Assembly: GCA_963789265.1 (NCBI GenBank)
Contig: CAWBKB010000005.1
Span: forward strand, 512,001 to 576,000
Length of the DNA: 64,000 nt
Direction of reading: 5' to 3'
From: an uncultured delta proteobacterium
Lineage (GTDB): Bacteria; Desulfobacterota; Desulfomonilia; Desulfomonilales; Desulfomonilaceae
How positions within the stretch are numbered: position 1 is the stretch's first letter; every line of letters starts with the position of its first letter. This document shows, one piece after another, positions 40,766 to 50,431 of the stretch. The notes under the pieces were generated by a model, which ran no database searches, had not been told where the DNA came from, and worked only from the letters and a program-made list of their open reading frames with translations. The translations under genes were made by a program, and so were the position numbers.

Positions 40766-42271
40766 CTAAAACATGATTCCACCGGAGACACCGACCGTGA
40801 AACCTCCCGGATTAAACGACGTCCTTATTCCAAGGAGTTCGTAGCTCTGCGAATTGGCCCAAGTGTAGTCTGCGGAACCGTTCAAGTAGTATCCGGTGCT
40901 GCCAATTGACAGGTCTCCACCCACAAACAGCCCATAATGAGGCCGCCAGTCGTCGTACGTGCCGGTTTCGGCCAAAAGAACTTGTCCGGCCGTTACCTCA
41001 ATCTCGGGCGAAGTCTCGGCGGCAACGTAGGTCCTGGAGGCGGAGATATTGTAGTGCACGGGAATGAAGGCAGCCCCCATTGTCACCCCTATACGTCCCA
41101 TACCATACAACGGAAACCAGCTTCTGCCACCGTATCTATTTTCAATAACGTTCATTTCAGCCGAATTGGTGATGTTTTCCAGGATGTTTTCAATAGGGAC
41201 CACTGCATTCGTTTGGGTGATGAATTGCCGATTCGGGTATATCCCGCGAAGAGGACTGTTCGTGGCGATATGATAATTCTGTGTCGCTGACGAAGCTGTA
41301 TTGATCGAATTCGATGATTGAAAAGCGCCCAATGATATCGGCCATGGGGTAGTGTCGTCCGATACGAATGGGAAGGTATCTTGAATTATTATACTACCTG
41401 CCTGCCCCTGAATGGTATTGGACACTGCCATTGAATTGCTCGTCCTGAACCAGAAGAATCCGGAGAAGAGATCAAAATAGTTTGACCACTGGTATCCTGC
41501 TTCGATAGTCGGCCCCCAGACAGGGGCTTCAAATACCCTATTAGGGTTGGATACGGGGTCCACCGAAAAAACCAGACTGCCGGGAACCGCTACTGAAAAA
41601 GTGACCTGTGTGGTTAAGGACATATTGCTAAGGCTATTTACCTGAGTCGTGGGGTCATCTATGACAAAGCTGCCTAATGACGAGGGAGCCACTCCGGTAC
41701 AACACGAACCGTCCAATTTGCTCAGCTCTTCTATGAACCGTCCGATTACCGGATCAACAACAGAGTAGGTCCATAGAAAGTCGCGATTGCACGTTATGGT
41801 GGCGGGCGGGGTAACGGTGCTGTCCGTACACGTTACAGGAATTTGTGGATCAATAGCGTTAGCCGGCGGTGGATCGAGGGTCTCGGTACCTGGAATAACA
41901 TCCCCGCTTATCAGGCCGTTGTCATAAACCCAGGCAAAACCGAGCGTAGTTACCAGGTTTCCACTAGTGCCGTCGAAACCGGTTTGCCCTGTTCCCACAC
42001 CGAAGTTACCTGCCGTCCCAGGTCCGAAAGGAATGGTGCCCTGGCTCACGGTGATTGAGTTCGGACCGGGAAGGACGTCGACCCTGAAGGCATCGACGTT
42101 GCGATATTTGGCGCCGGCCTGGAGATAAAACCTGCCGTAGCACAGGGATGGCTGTGTAGGAGCCATGAACGGCGGTTGTAATTCCTGGGCGACTGAGTAG
42201 CTGCTGACGGAGAGGAAAGCAAGGGCTATCCCGAGCAAAGCGACAGGGCGTATATGGCTGCGGAGTGTCAT
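40766..42271 (-). CDS. Secreted protein, probable outer-membrane beta-barrel
   Basis: Signal peptide; Thr/Ser/Pro-rich insert with Cys; alternating strands ending FTVGVSGGIMF (terminal Phe). Confidence 0.6.
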   Translation of the reverse strand: MTLRSHIRPVALLGIALAFLSVSSYSVAQELQPPFMAPTQPSLCYGRFYLQAGAKYRNVDAFRVDVLPGPNSITVSQGTIPFGPGTAGNFGVGTGQTGFDGTSGNLVTTLGFAWVYDNGLISGDVIPGTETLDPPPANAIDPQIPVTCTDSTVTPPATITCNRDFLWTYSVVDPVIGRFIEELSKLDGSCCTGVAPSSLGSFVIDDPTTQVNSLSNMSLTTQVTFSVAVPGSLVFSVDPVSNPNRVFEAPVWGPTIEAGYQWSNYFDLFSGFFWFRTSNSMAVSNTIQGQAGSIIIQDTFPFVSDDTTPWPISLGAFQSSNSINTASSATQNYHIATNSPLRGIYPNRQFITQTNAVVPIENILENITNSAEMNVIENRYGGRSWFPLYGMGRIGVTMGAAFIPVHYNISASRTYVAAETSPEIEVTAGQVLLAETGTYDDWRPHYGLFVGGDLSIGSTGYYLNGSADYTWANSQSYELLGIRTSFNPGGFTVGVSGGIMF

Positions 42272-42563
42272 GTGCAATCCTTGACTGATTTGTCGGGCCG
42301 TTTGCGAGAGGAACTCCCTGCACATCAGATTTTGCATTAGCCTTGGAGGCTGTGGGAGTTATAGCACACTGGAACATGGTAGTCAACAAAAATTACTAAG
42401 TATTTACATGATGTTTTTCCAAATTATTAAAGTTAAACTTGATGTATGAGATGGCCGCCCATTATGCCGCGTATCGAGAACAAGGCATCAACGAATGGAC
42501 AGGGGAAGGATTCAGAAACTGCCTAAAAACTATTTTGATGCCCAAAATCGTGGCGCTATGGCT

Positions 42564-42840
42564 GCCCGGCACTAAAGTACCGGTCTACTCTCAATCGCCC
42601 CGATGGGGCTCGAATAGAGGCGTTCCGGAGGAACTGGTGATAGTAGCCCGGCAATTCATTGCCGGGAAAAGGGGCCATTCGTGTTACGATTTCGTTCGGT
42701 TCCAGGATTTTGAGACACTTTCGTCCAGCCTGTCGCTAGTGGACGGGCAGGATGCCCATCCCCACTGCAACCCCGCGTTCCGCGCGGGGCGTCGCCACTA
42801 CGCCGTTCTTCTTCCGTGATTACTTTTGAGGATCACTTTA
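42564..42840. repeat. Cluster of GTAG- and GTGG-foot REP-like hairpins
   Basis: CCCGGCACTAAAGTACCGGTCTAC and GTAGCCCGGCAATTCATTGCCGGG, followed by a truncated copy of the 26.5 kb element. Confidence 0.65.
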
Positions 42841-42910
42841 ATCGCGCCATCGCGTGTTATCATGGATACAGACAGGCACAACATCAAATTTGCGTGCCGT
42901 TGGTTTTCTT

Positions 42911-43378
42911 ATGAATAAGATCGACAGATCAGAAGAAGAATTCATGGCCGTGGCCCTGGAGCTTGCGGGCAAGGCGGCTGCAATGGGCGAGACGCCTGTC
43001 GGAGCGGTAATCGTTCAAAATGGGATGATCATTGGCATGGGCCACAATCTAGTAGAAGCGGAAAAGGATCCCACCGCTCACGCGGAAATTGTAGCGTTGC
43101 GTGAAGCCACCCGTTTTAACGGCGATTGGCGATTGTCGGATGCGACTGCGTATGTTACATTGGAGCCGTGTGTCATGTGCGCGGCCGCTCTCATGCACGC
43201 GAGAGTCAAACGCCTCGTTTTTGGCGCGAGAGACCTGAGATGGGGCGGAGTAGGCAGTCTGTTCGATCTGGCCCACGATCCGAGAATCAACCACGAGCTG
43301 GAGGTTATCTCGGGGATCATGGAGGACCGGGCCGCTGTCCTGCTCCAGCGGTTTTATAAGAAGCTGCGACAGAACTAA
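42911..43378 (+). CDS. tadA: tRNA-specific adenosine deaminase
   Basis: GETPVGAVIV, DPTAHAE and YVTLEPCVMC motifs. Confidence 0.92.
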   Translation: MNKIDRSEEEFMAVALELAGKAAAMGETPVGAVIVQNGMIIGMGHNLVEAEKDPTAHAEIVALREATRFNGDWRLSDATAYVTLEPCVMCAAALMHARVKRLVFGARDLRWGGVGSLFDLAHDPRINHELEVISGIMEDRAAVLLQRFYKKLRQN

Positions 43379-43403
43379 GGCCGGCTGAGGAATCAGCCCA
43401 AGC

Positions 43404-43492
43404 GGAGAGATGCCCGAGAGGCCGAAGGGGGTTGACTCGAAATCAACTGTGTCCTTGTGGCACCGGGGGTTCGAATCCCTCTCTCTCCGCCA
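43404..43492 (+). tRNA. tRNA-Ser(CGA)
   Basis: GGAGAGA/TCTCTCC acceptor stem, GTTGA-CTCGAAA-TCAAC anticodon arm, long variable arm, GGTTCGAATCC, G discriminator plus CCA. Confidence 0.96.
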
Positions 43493-43627
43493 AACCTCTT
43501 CTAACATCGCCACGTTATGAAACTTCGAGCTTGACGCCTCTTTTCCTCAAGATGAGCGATGGGGGACTTTTGCCTGACTTTTATAGGAATGCCCTGTCAA
43601 ATAAGAGACAATCGTAGGCAGGATAAT

Positions 43628-43710
43628 GTGGGGGAGTCTCGCCTGGGCGAGACTCCCCTTCGTCGCCCCGGACTCTGATCCGCTGTTGACCGGCAAGATG
43701 CCGGTCCTAC
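43628..43710. repeat. Degenerate REP-like hairpin cluster
   Basis: GGGGAGTCTCGCC-T-GGGCGAGACTCCCC, CCCCGGACTCTGATCCG and GACCGGCAAGATGCCGGTCCTAC. Confidence 0.55.
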
Positions 43711-43786
43711 TGACGTTTTCATCCTTCGTTGTAGCTTTCTAGCTATGGGAATTGGTACAAGAGCCTATAAAGATCCTTTGGCCTGT

Positions 43787-44554
43787 TTATTGGGCCAAGA
43801 ACCCCCCGTCCACAACAATGACCGATCCCGTGATGTAACTCGAAGCAGAAGATGCCAACAGAAGTAGGGTTCCAAGAATTTCTCTTGGTTTGGCAAATCT
43901 TCTCAACGGTATCTTTCCGACGATGCCTTCGTAAACTCTGTCAGAATCCCTTAATTTCTTGGTCATCTCAGTTTCGAGATAATGCGGGGCGATGGCATTA
44001 ACCCGGACGTTGTGTTTAGCCCATTCGAGTGCAAGAGACTTGGTCAGACTGATGACCCCTGCTTTTGAAGCGCAGTAAGCCGAAGCTCGGGCAACACCGG
44101 TAAATCCCGCTGTGGAGGCAATATTGATGATATTCCCGCCACCCCCACCGATCATCTGTCTGCCTGTGTATTTACAGCAGAGGAAGGTACCTCTTAGGTT
44201 GACTTGAATCACTTTGTCCCAGTTCTCAACCGGAGTTTCTTCTGTCGGGGTAAAATCGGTTTGAGTGATCCCAGCATTATTAACTAGGATGTCGATCTTC
44301 CCGAATTCAGATGAGGCCCTCTCCACCATCTCCTTGACGGCGGCTTCATCTGAGACGTTCATTTGAATAGGAAGACAACTCGACCCGATTTTTTCCACAA
44401 GTGCCGCTGTTTCCTCGGGATGAACAACGTCGGCAAGAATCAGTGAAACCCCCTGTTCGGCTAGACACACGGCAATCTCTCGCCCAAGTCCTTTACTGCT
44501 CCCGGTGACTATTGCGTTTTTGTCTTGAAGCTGGAACCATTCCGGCGAAACCAT
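43787..44554 (-). CDS. Short-chain dehydrogenase/reductase
   Basis: TGSSKGLG, NNAG and YCASK motifs. Confidence 0.93.
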   Translation of the reverse strand: MVSPEWFQLQDKNAIVTGSSKGLGREIAVCLAEQGVSLILADVVHPEETAALVEKIGSSCLPIQMNVSDEAAVKEMVERASSEFGKIDILVNNAGITQTDFTPTEETPVENWDKVIQVNLRGTFLCCKYTGRQMIGGGGGNIINIASTAGFTGVARASAYCASKAGVISLTKSLALEWAKHNVRVNAIAPHYLETEMTKKLRDSDRVYEGIVGKIPLRRFAKPREILGTLLLLASSASSYITGSVIVVDGGFLAQ

Positions 44555-44657
44555 TCTTCATCCTCTTCAATCATCGCCATTCTTTAGGAATAGATCAGAG
44601 CCGGGATTTCGACTGCGAATGGCCGTAAGAGACCGTGTTTATTATTTCTTTGGCCCT

Positions 44658-45215
44658 TTATGCGCCGCCTTGCGTACCCGCAGTTCCCTGTCTCGCGACA
44701 AAACCCCGACTCTGCAGACCGGTGGCAGATGGTGTCCCGGCAATTTGGGCAAGATATCTTTCGCCGAGCTTCTCAATGTGATCGCTGACATTGTCGAAGT
44801 AGTTGAAATGTATCTGTTCTTCGTCAATGATCGTTTCGAAGAGTTTTACGCTGGTGCTATCTCCGTTTTCTCTGCACACCAACAGGAATTGGTTATATGC
44901 ATCGATCGTATTGTCCTCAAGTTTTGCATCAAACGAAAAGATCGCTTCGACCTGCTGGCCTTTCGCCGCCTTTTCGGCAGGCTCTGTGGTCGGTTCCCCA
45001 ACTAATTCCTTGATTCGCTCTGCCAACATCTCTGCATGACGCATTTCATCGATGGCGATGAGTTTAATCTTAGCCGCCATATCTCCGTAATCCATGTCGT
45101 CCAAATTGTAATGCTGGTTCATGTACTGGGCTATGGCGTGCAACTCCATGCCGCGGGCCTTGTTAAGCACTTCTATGACCTTTTCCTTCCTTTGTTCTTT
45201 AGTGTCTAGGGCCAT
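44658..45215 (-). CDS. bfr: Bacterioferritin
   Basis: ELHAIAQY, DEMRHAE, E...IDAY and EEQIH ferroxidase motifs; AGGAGG before ATG 45215. Confidence 0.88.
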   Translation of the reverse strand: MALDTKEQRKEKVIEVLNKARGMELHAIAQYMNQHYNLDDMDYGDMAAKIKLIAIDEMRHAEMLAERIKELVGEPTTEPAEKAAKGQQVEAIFSFDAKLEDNTIDAYNQFLLVCRENGDSTSVKLFETIIDEEQIHFNYFDNVSDHIEKLGERYLAQIAGTPSATGLQSRGFVARQGTAGTQGGA

Positions 45216-45385
45216 GATACTCCTCCTCATTCGGCTAAAATTTACGTTGACGACCTTCAATCGGGCCTCGATGACCATTATCCGATAACTCGGTTCCGTG
45301 ATCAATGAAACTGTTGCCGCTGCCGACACGACGACGGTGATCGACTACCAGCTAGAGATATTCAATGTCCTTTGCAGATGAGCGA

Positions 45386-45574
45386 TACTAATGCGCTATC
45401 AAACAAGTAGCAATCCTGGACAAGACATGGTGGGACAGGCATCCTGCCTGCCATTCGTCACCCCGGACTCCGATCCGGGGTCCAGTCTGGATGCCCGCGT
45501 CCGCGGGCATGACGACAGGCAGGATGCCTGTCCCACCAGAAACACGGTGTCACTTGCTCGAAAGCGAAATGGTA
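45386..45574. mobile_element. Composite MITE-like element with nested REP hairpins (copy 1)
   Basis: Imperfect TIR TACTAATGCGCTATCAA/TCGAAAGCGAAATGGTA; homologous to 48948-49160. Confidence 0.7.
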
Positions 45575-46262
45575 TAACATATCGAGCTTATCCTTGAAAT
45601 CCACCTCCAGCGAACCAGGAACAATTCTACCGTGTATGTCACGGTCACCCATTAAAAGACCCTCACAAATTGGTAGTTTGAATACCGTAAACCCTACCCA
45701 AAAAGGGGTTGATTTATTTTGTTCAATGTGCGAAAATTGGTCTGTTTCCAACATGATGTGGTCTGCAGACAAGGTTTCGCATGTATTTCCAGTTCGTACG
45801 AAACGACGACCGGGCCTGCGTTTTCGAGTTCAAGCGGAGAATTGCTTCTCTTAACTGGAGCATGAAGCCCAGTGGCTTGACTACCCTATCCGCGCTGACA
45901 GGTCAAGAATCCAATGCCCTTGCTCGGTTTCAAGCTTTCGAGATCCGCGACTAAGCGCTGTGGCCCGTATGAGTTGAGAAGTTGCTCCCGTATTTACCGA
46001 TCCGCGGCCGAAACAAGTCAGCTGAGAGTGTGACAAGGCTCGAGGTGCCTTGCCCTAAACGGCATACTTGGCCTTGTAATTAGCAATAAGAATCAGCAAC
46101 GGAATGATCCATGATGGAGCGAGGCTGGAAACTGAAAGTGTCGCCCGTCAGAAAAAAGAAGGTTAAATCAGCAGGATATGGTTATCCTGCCAAAGCGGAG
46201 CTATATTGATAATTATAATACCACAAGCCTCACTCCACGCCTGCATGATTGTGAACATTGAA

Positions 46263-46383
46263 GTAACCATTCAGTCTTGTGGGGCAGGCTTTCCAGCCTG
46301 CCGGGGAAACCCATGTTCAATGGCGGGCTAGAAAGCCCACCCCACGAAGCCACCGCAAATTCCGGCTGTAACTGAATGCATAC
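46263..46383. mobile_element. MITE with 8-bp TSD and GTGG-REP doublet
   Basis: Ends GTAACCATTCAGT/ACTGAATGCATAC; ACATTGAA duplicated at 46255-46262 and 46384-46391. Confidence 0.85.
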
Positions 46384-46489
46384 ACATTGAACTGTGATCC
46401 GGGGTTACCCGAGATGGCAAGAAAAAGCTGCATTTTGCAAGCAAAAGTCGACCATTTTTGCGCCCGGGCGCGAAAGAGGAGATGCGCGG

Positions 46490-48911
46490 ATGAAAAGGTT
46501 TTTTGACATTATGGCCTCCTTGGGGGGACTAATCGTCGCAGCTCCGTTTATGATAGCCATCGCCGCAGTAATCAAACTGGAGTCCAAGGGGCCGATTTTT
46601 TATCGCTGCACGCGAGTCGGCAGGAACGGGCGGCTATTCGGCATGTTCAAGTTCAGAACAATGCTGGCAAACGCTGACAACGTGGATTGCAAACTCAGCG
46701 GGTGTGGAGACGTGCGCGTAACATCGTTCGGCAGTTTCTTGAGGCGGACCAAGCTCAACGAGCTACCGCAACTGTTCAACGTTTTGCTCGGAGATATGAG
46801 CGCGGTTGGGCCGAGGCCTGAAGATCCAAAATTCACCCAGGATTACAAAGAGCAATGGCAGGTGGTCCTGTCGGTACGGCCCGGGATCGTGGGACCCAAT
46901 CAGATCTTGAACCGCAATGAAGAAGACCTGTTTCCACCTGGAGAAGATCACGAACGATTCTATATCGACCATATCCTACCCGAGAAATTGGAGCGAGACA
47001 CAGACTACGTGCAGACTCACAGCTTCTGGGGGGATCTGATCATTCTGCTTAAGGCCGTATACGTGACCTTGTTCAAAGGATTCACGCTGTGGCGATTATT
47101 CAGCCGGCCGCAACTCCTGAAATTAATTGTTTTGGATGCGGCTCTCTCGGTTTCTGGCGTATTTGGTGGCCAATTTGGTCAGGTTTGAGACTATTCCAAT
47201 CTCCGATTATGCTTTGTGGAATTTCTTTTTCGTTGCCGCGGCCAACCCCATGATCTTCTTATTTATGGGCCTTTACAGGCGAAGTGTTCGTTTCGTATCG
47301 GTGCCGGACATAATGCCGATGATAAGAATGAGCTTTGTTTGCGGGATGGTCCTTATCGTGATGAATTACTTCCTCATGATCGGCTCCGGACATTCCCGAT
47401 CCGTTTATTTTCTTTACCCACTGCTCTTGATGCTCTTGATTACCGGGACACGAGTCATCGCAAGGATCTTCTTGGAACAACGGGAACGCATGAACCACCA
47501 AAGCTCCGGAAAGGAACGTCTCTTAATCTATGGTGCGGGCAGAATGGGAATACACGCTCTCAGGCGTTTTCAATTCGAGCCGGGCGTAGAAGTCGTGGGA
47601 TTTGTGGATGACAACCCGGATTTGAAAAGCGGGTCAATATTGGGGTTGCCCATCCTGGGATCGGGCTGTGATTTGACTTTCTTGAAGTCGTTATACTACG
47701 TGGACAAGGTATTTATTGGATTTAAGCCTTCCAGTCCCGATATGGAGGAAAACGCGCGCCGAAGGTGCATTGAAGCAGGCATGATGGAGTTTATCGACCC
47801 GACACCGGAATTTCGCCCTTCGGGCAACGAAGTCGCGGCGGCAGATCATGGTTATTTTGATTTCATTGACACCCTGGGCATCAAGCCTGTGTCTTTGAAC
47901 ACCGATGAAGTCGCCCCATTTATCGAAGACTCAACGATCGCGCTGGTAGGCACCGGGGACCGATTCGGGGAAGAGCTTTGCCGGGAGATTGTGAATCTGA
48001 AAGCTCGCGGACTCGTCCTGATAGAAGATTGTGCTGCCAGATTGGAAAGAGTCGTTAACCATCTACAGTCGATTCCCAACGATCGTGTTGCGATTTTTCC
48101 CTATTTCTTTCCGCTGGGTTCCCATTCGTTGATTGAAAGGACATTGGCGAGGCACAATCTCGAATGGATTATCTATCATCGCCCTAACAGACCGTTAGTA
48201 GCTGCATCGCTCAACCAGCCCACCCTGGTTCTCACAGAATTCGCTGAAGCTGCGGGATTCGTGGAGATGGCCAAGCGCCTGGACTGCAACGGTTTCTCCT
48301 TCCTGTCGCCTTACGCAAATGATTCTTTTTCCTCTGAGGAAAAGAAGGTTCACCTGCTCACGGAGATATACGTTCGCCTGTCTGCACGAGCCGAAGAGAC
48401 TCAGACTCGATTCGGTGTGGTGCGGCTTCCAAATGTCCTGGAGAATGAGAATGGCATCTTTGTCAGATCCTGCAACAAGATCTCTCGCGGCATGCCCATC
48501 TCGGAACCTTCCGGGCCGCTTTCGTTTTCATCCGCGTGCAATGCCGCGAAAATTTGTCTGAACAGCCTTCCGTTACACGGCAAAGGGGACACCTTCGTAG
48601 GCAATTCCACCATAAGTTTCAGGCTGCAAAGTTTGATCGAGCAGTTTTTTCAATTCCAAGGGAACGGTCGATCTCTCGACAATCTCATCAAATCACCTGA
48701 TGATGCCGGCAAGATTGTGGAGCATCCAGTCTACCCAGGAGCTTGGTCTGAGACCACCTCTCCTTACCTCCTGAGGATCGACGAAGAGCCCGAAGCCGAC
48801 AAGCGTTTGATAGAGCTGTTCAAGGAAATGAACCATTTCTACGATCCAAGCTGCTACGGTCTGGAACTTCCGAGGGTTCTTTCCATCTTAGAGGGGACGG
48901 TAGCCGCATGA
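46490..48911 (+). CDS. Phosphoglycosyl (bacterial sugar) transferase apparently fused to a degenerate CapD/PglF-like module, frameshift near 47150
   Basis: KRFFDI, FKFRTM and KLNELPQLFNVL.GDMS.VGPRPE motifs; then TM region, LIYGAG..G, VGFVDD and a decayed SDR domain. Confidence 0.75.
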
Positions 48912-48947
48912 GCGCTACGGTCTGCCCGCCGCGCATCTAATGCTTTA

Positions 48948-49160
48948 TACCAATGCGCCATCAAACAAGTAACAATCCTAAAACAGGATATAGTGGAGCA
49001 TGCATCCTGCCAGCTATTCGTCACCCCGGACTCCGATCCGGGGTCCAGTCTGTCCCGCGTCTCGCGAGACCGCGTACGCGGGCATGACAACAGACAATCC
49101 CGCCTGGGCGGGACTGTCCCACCAAAACCACGGTATCACTTCCTTGAAGGCGAACCGGTA
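48948..49160. mobile_element. Composite MITE-like element with nested REP hairpins (copy 2)
   Basis: TIR TACCAATGCGCCATCAA/TTGAAGGCGAACCGGTA; shares ATTCGTCACCCCGGACTCCGATCCGGGGTCCAGTCTG with copy 1. Confidence 0.7.
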
Positions 49161-49173
49161 TTAATCGAGGAAC

Positions 49174-50322
49174 TTGCAATTGACCTGGAAGGTTCCGCTC
49201 TCCGACATCGTTTTCGGGCCTGAGGAACAGGAGGCTGTTCAGCGCGTTCTGAAATCCGGATGGGTATCCATGGGTCCGGAAACCGAGCGTTTTGAGGCCG
49301 AATTTGCCGCGTACACCGGGGCCAAGCACGCGGTGGCCGTTTCTTCATGCACCGCGGCCCTTCATCTTTCACTGGTGGCGCTGGGCATCTGTCCGGGAGA
49401 CGAGGTCATAGTGCCCTCTCTGACATTTGTCGCCACAGCCAATGCGGTTCTTTATGTGGGAGCCACCCCGGTCTTTGCCGACATCACAAGCCTTGATGAT
49501 TGGAACATCTCGCCCGAACAAATCGAGCAAAGGATAACACCTCGCACGAAGGCCGTGATCGTTCTTCATTACGCGGGCTTTCCCTGCCAAATGGACCGAA
49601 TCGCCGCCATAGCGCAGCGACACGGGCTCAAAGTGGTTGAAGATGCCGCACATGCTCACGGCTCTACCTTCAGAGGCAAAAAGCTTGGGACCTGGGGTGA
49701 TGCCGGCTGTTTCAGCTTCTTTGCCAACAAAAACATGACATGCGCAGAGGGCGGGATGGTGGTGACCGACAGTGACGAGGCTGCCAAGCGGCTGAGGATA
49801 CTCAGATCGCACGGGATGACCACTCTGACCTGGGACAGGCACCGAGGGCACAGCTTCTCTTATGACGTAATCGAGACCGGATACAATTACCGAATGGACG
49901 AGATTCGAGCCGCGTTGGCAAGAGTGCAGCTTTCCAAGCTGGATGACGGCAATCAAAAGCGGCGAACGATAACCAGGCATATACGGGATAATTTAAAGGA
50001 AGTTCAATCGATTTCGCTCCCGTTCTGCGATCGCAACCTGGATGAATGCTCTGCCCACATTTTTCCGATTCTGCTCGAATCCCCTGAGCTGCGGCCTGCC
50101 TTCATGTCAAGCATGAAAGAAGCCGGCATCCAGACAAGCATTCATTATCCGCCTATTCACAAGTTTTCGGCGTACAGGTCCACTATTTACAACGACCTCC
50201 CGATCACCGAGGACGTTTGCAGCCGGGAAGTCACTTTACCGTTGTTTCCGAGCCTTGGCCCGCAGCAGGAAGAAACAGTGGTGCGTGCGGTTAAAGCCGG
50301 TCTAAGCACTTCCCGAGATTAG
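49174..50322 (+). CDS. DegT/DnrJ/EryC1/StrS sugar aminotransferase
   Basis: SSCTAALHL, EDAAHA, FSFFANKNMT..EGG and GYNYRM motifs. Confidence 0.95.
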   Translation: MQLTWKVPLSDIVFGPEEQEAVQRVLKSGWVSMGPETERFEAEFAAYTGAKHAVAVSSCTAALHLSLVALGICPGDEVIVPSLTFVATANAVLYVGATPVFADITSLDDWNISPEQIEQRITPRTKAVIVLHYAGFPCQMDRIAAIAQRHGLKVVEDAAHAHGSTFRGKKLGTWGDAGCFSFFANKNMTCAEGGMVVTDSDEAAKRLRILRSHGMTTLTWDRHRGHSFSYDVIETGYNYRMDEIRAALARVQLSKLDDGNQKRRTITRHIRDNLKEVQSISLPFCDRNLDECSAHIFPILLESPELRPAFMSSMKEAGIQTSIHYPPIHKFSAYRSTIYNDLPITEDVCSREVTLPLFPSLGPQQEETVVRAVKAGLSTSRD

Positions 50323-50431
50323 CACGCCCCGATCGAATTGGCGGTGGTCGCCTCAGAATCATCGGTTAGTACCAGCGATAGGTATCGACTACCAAAGCGC
50401 TTTTGTCTGGTGTCGTTCGAGCAACATTATC

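Noticed and set aside
43404..43790. Integrated element at tRNA-Ser
   Set aside because: No integrase and no duplicated tRNA 3' end seen in the window
9670..49160. CRISPR array
   Set aside because: Repeats are dispersed palindromes without regular spacers, and no cas genes are present
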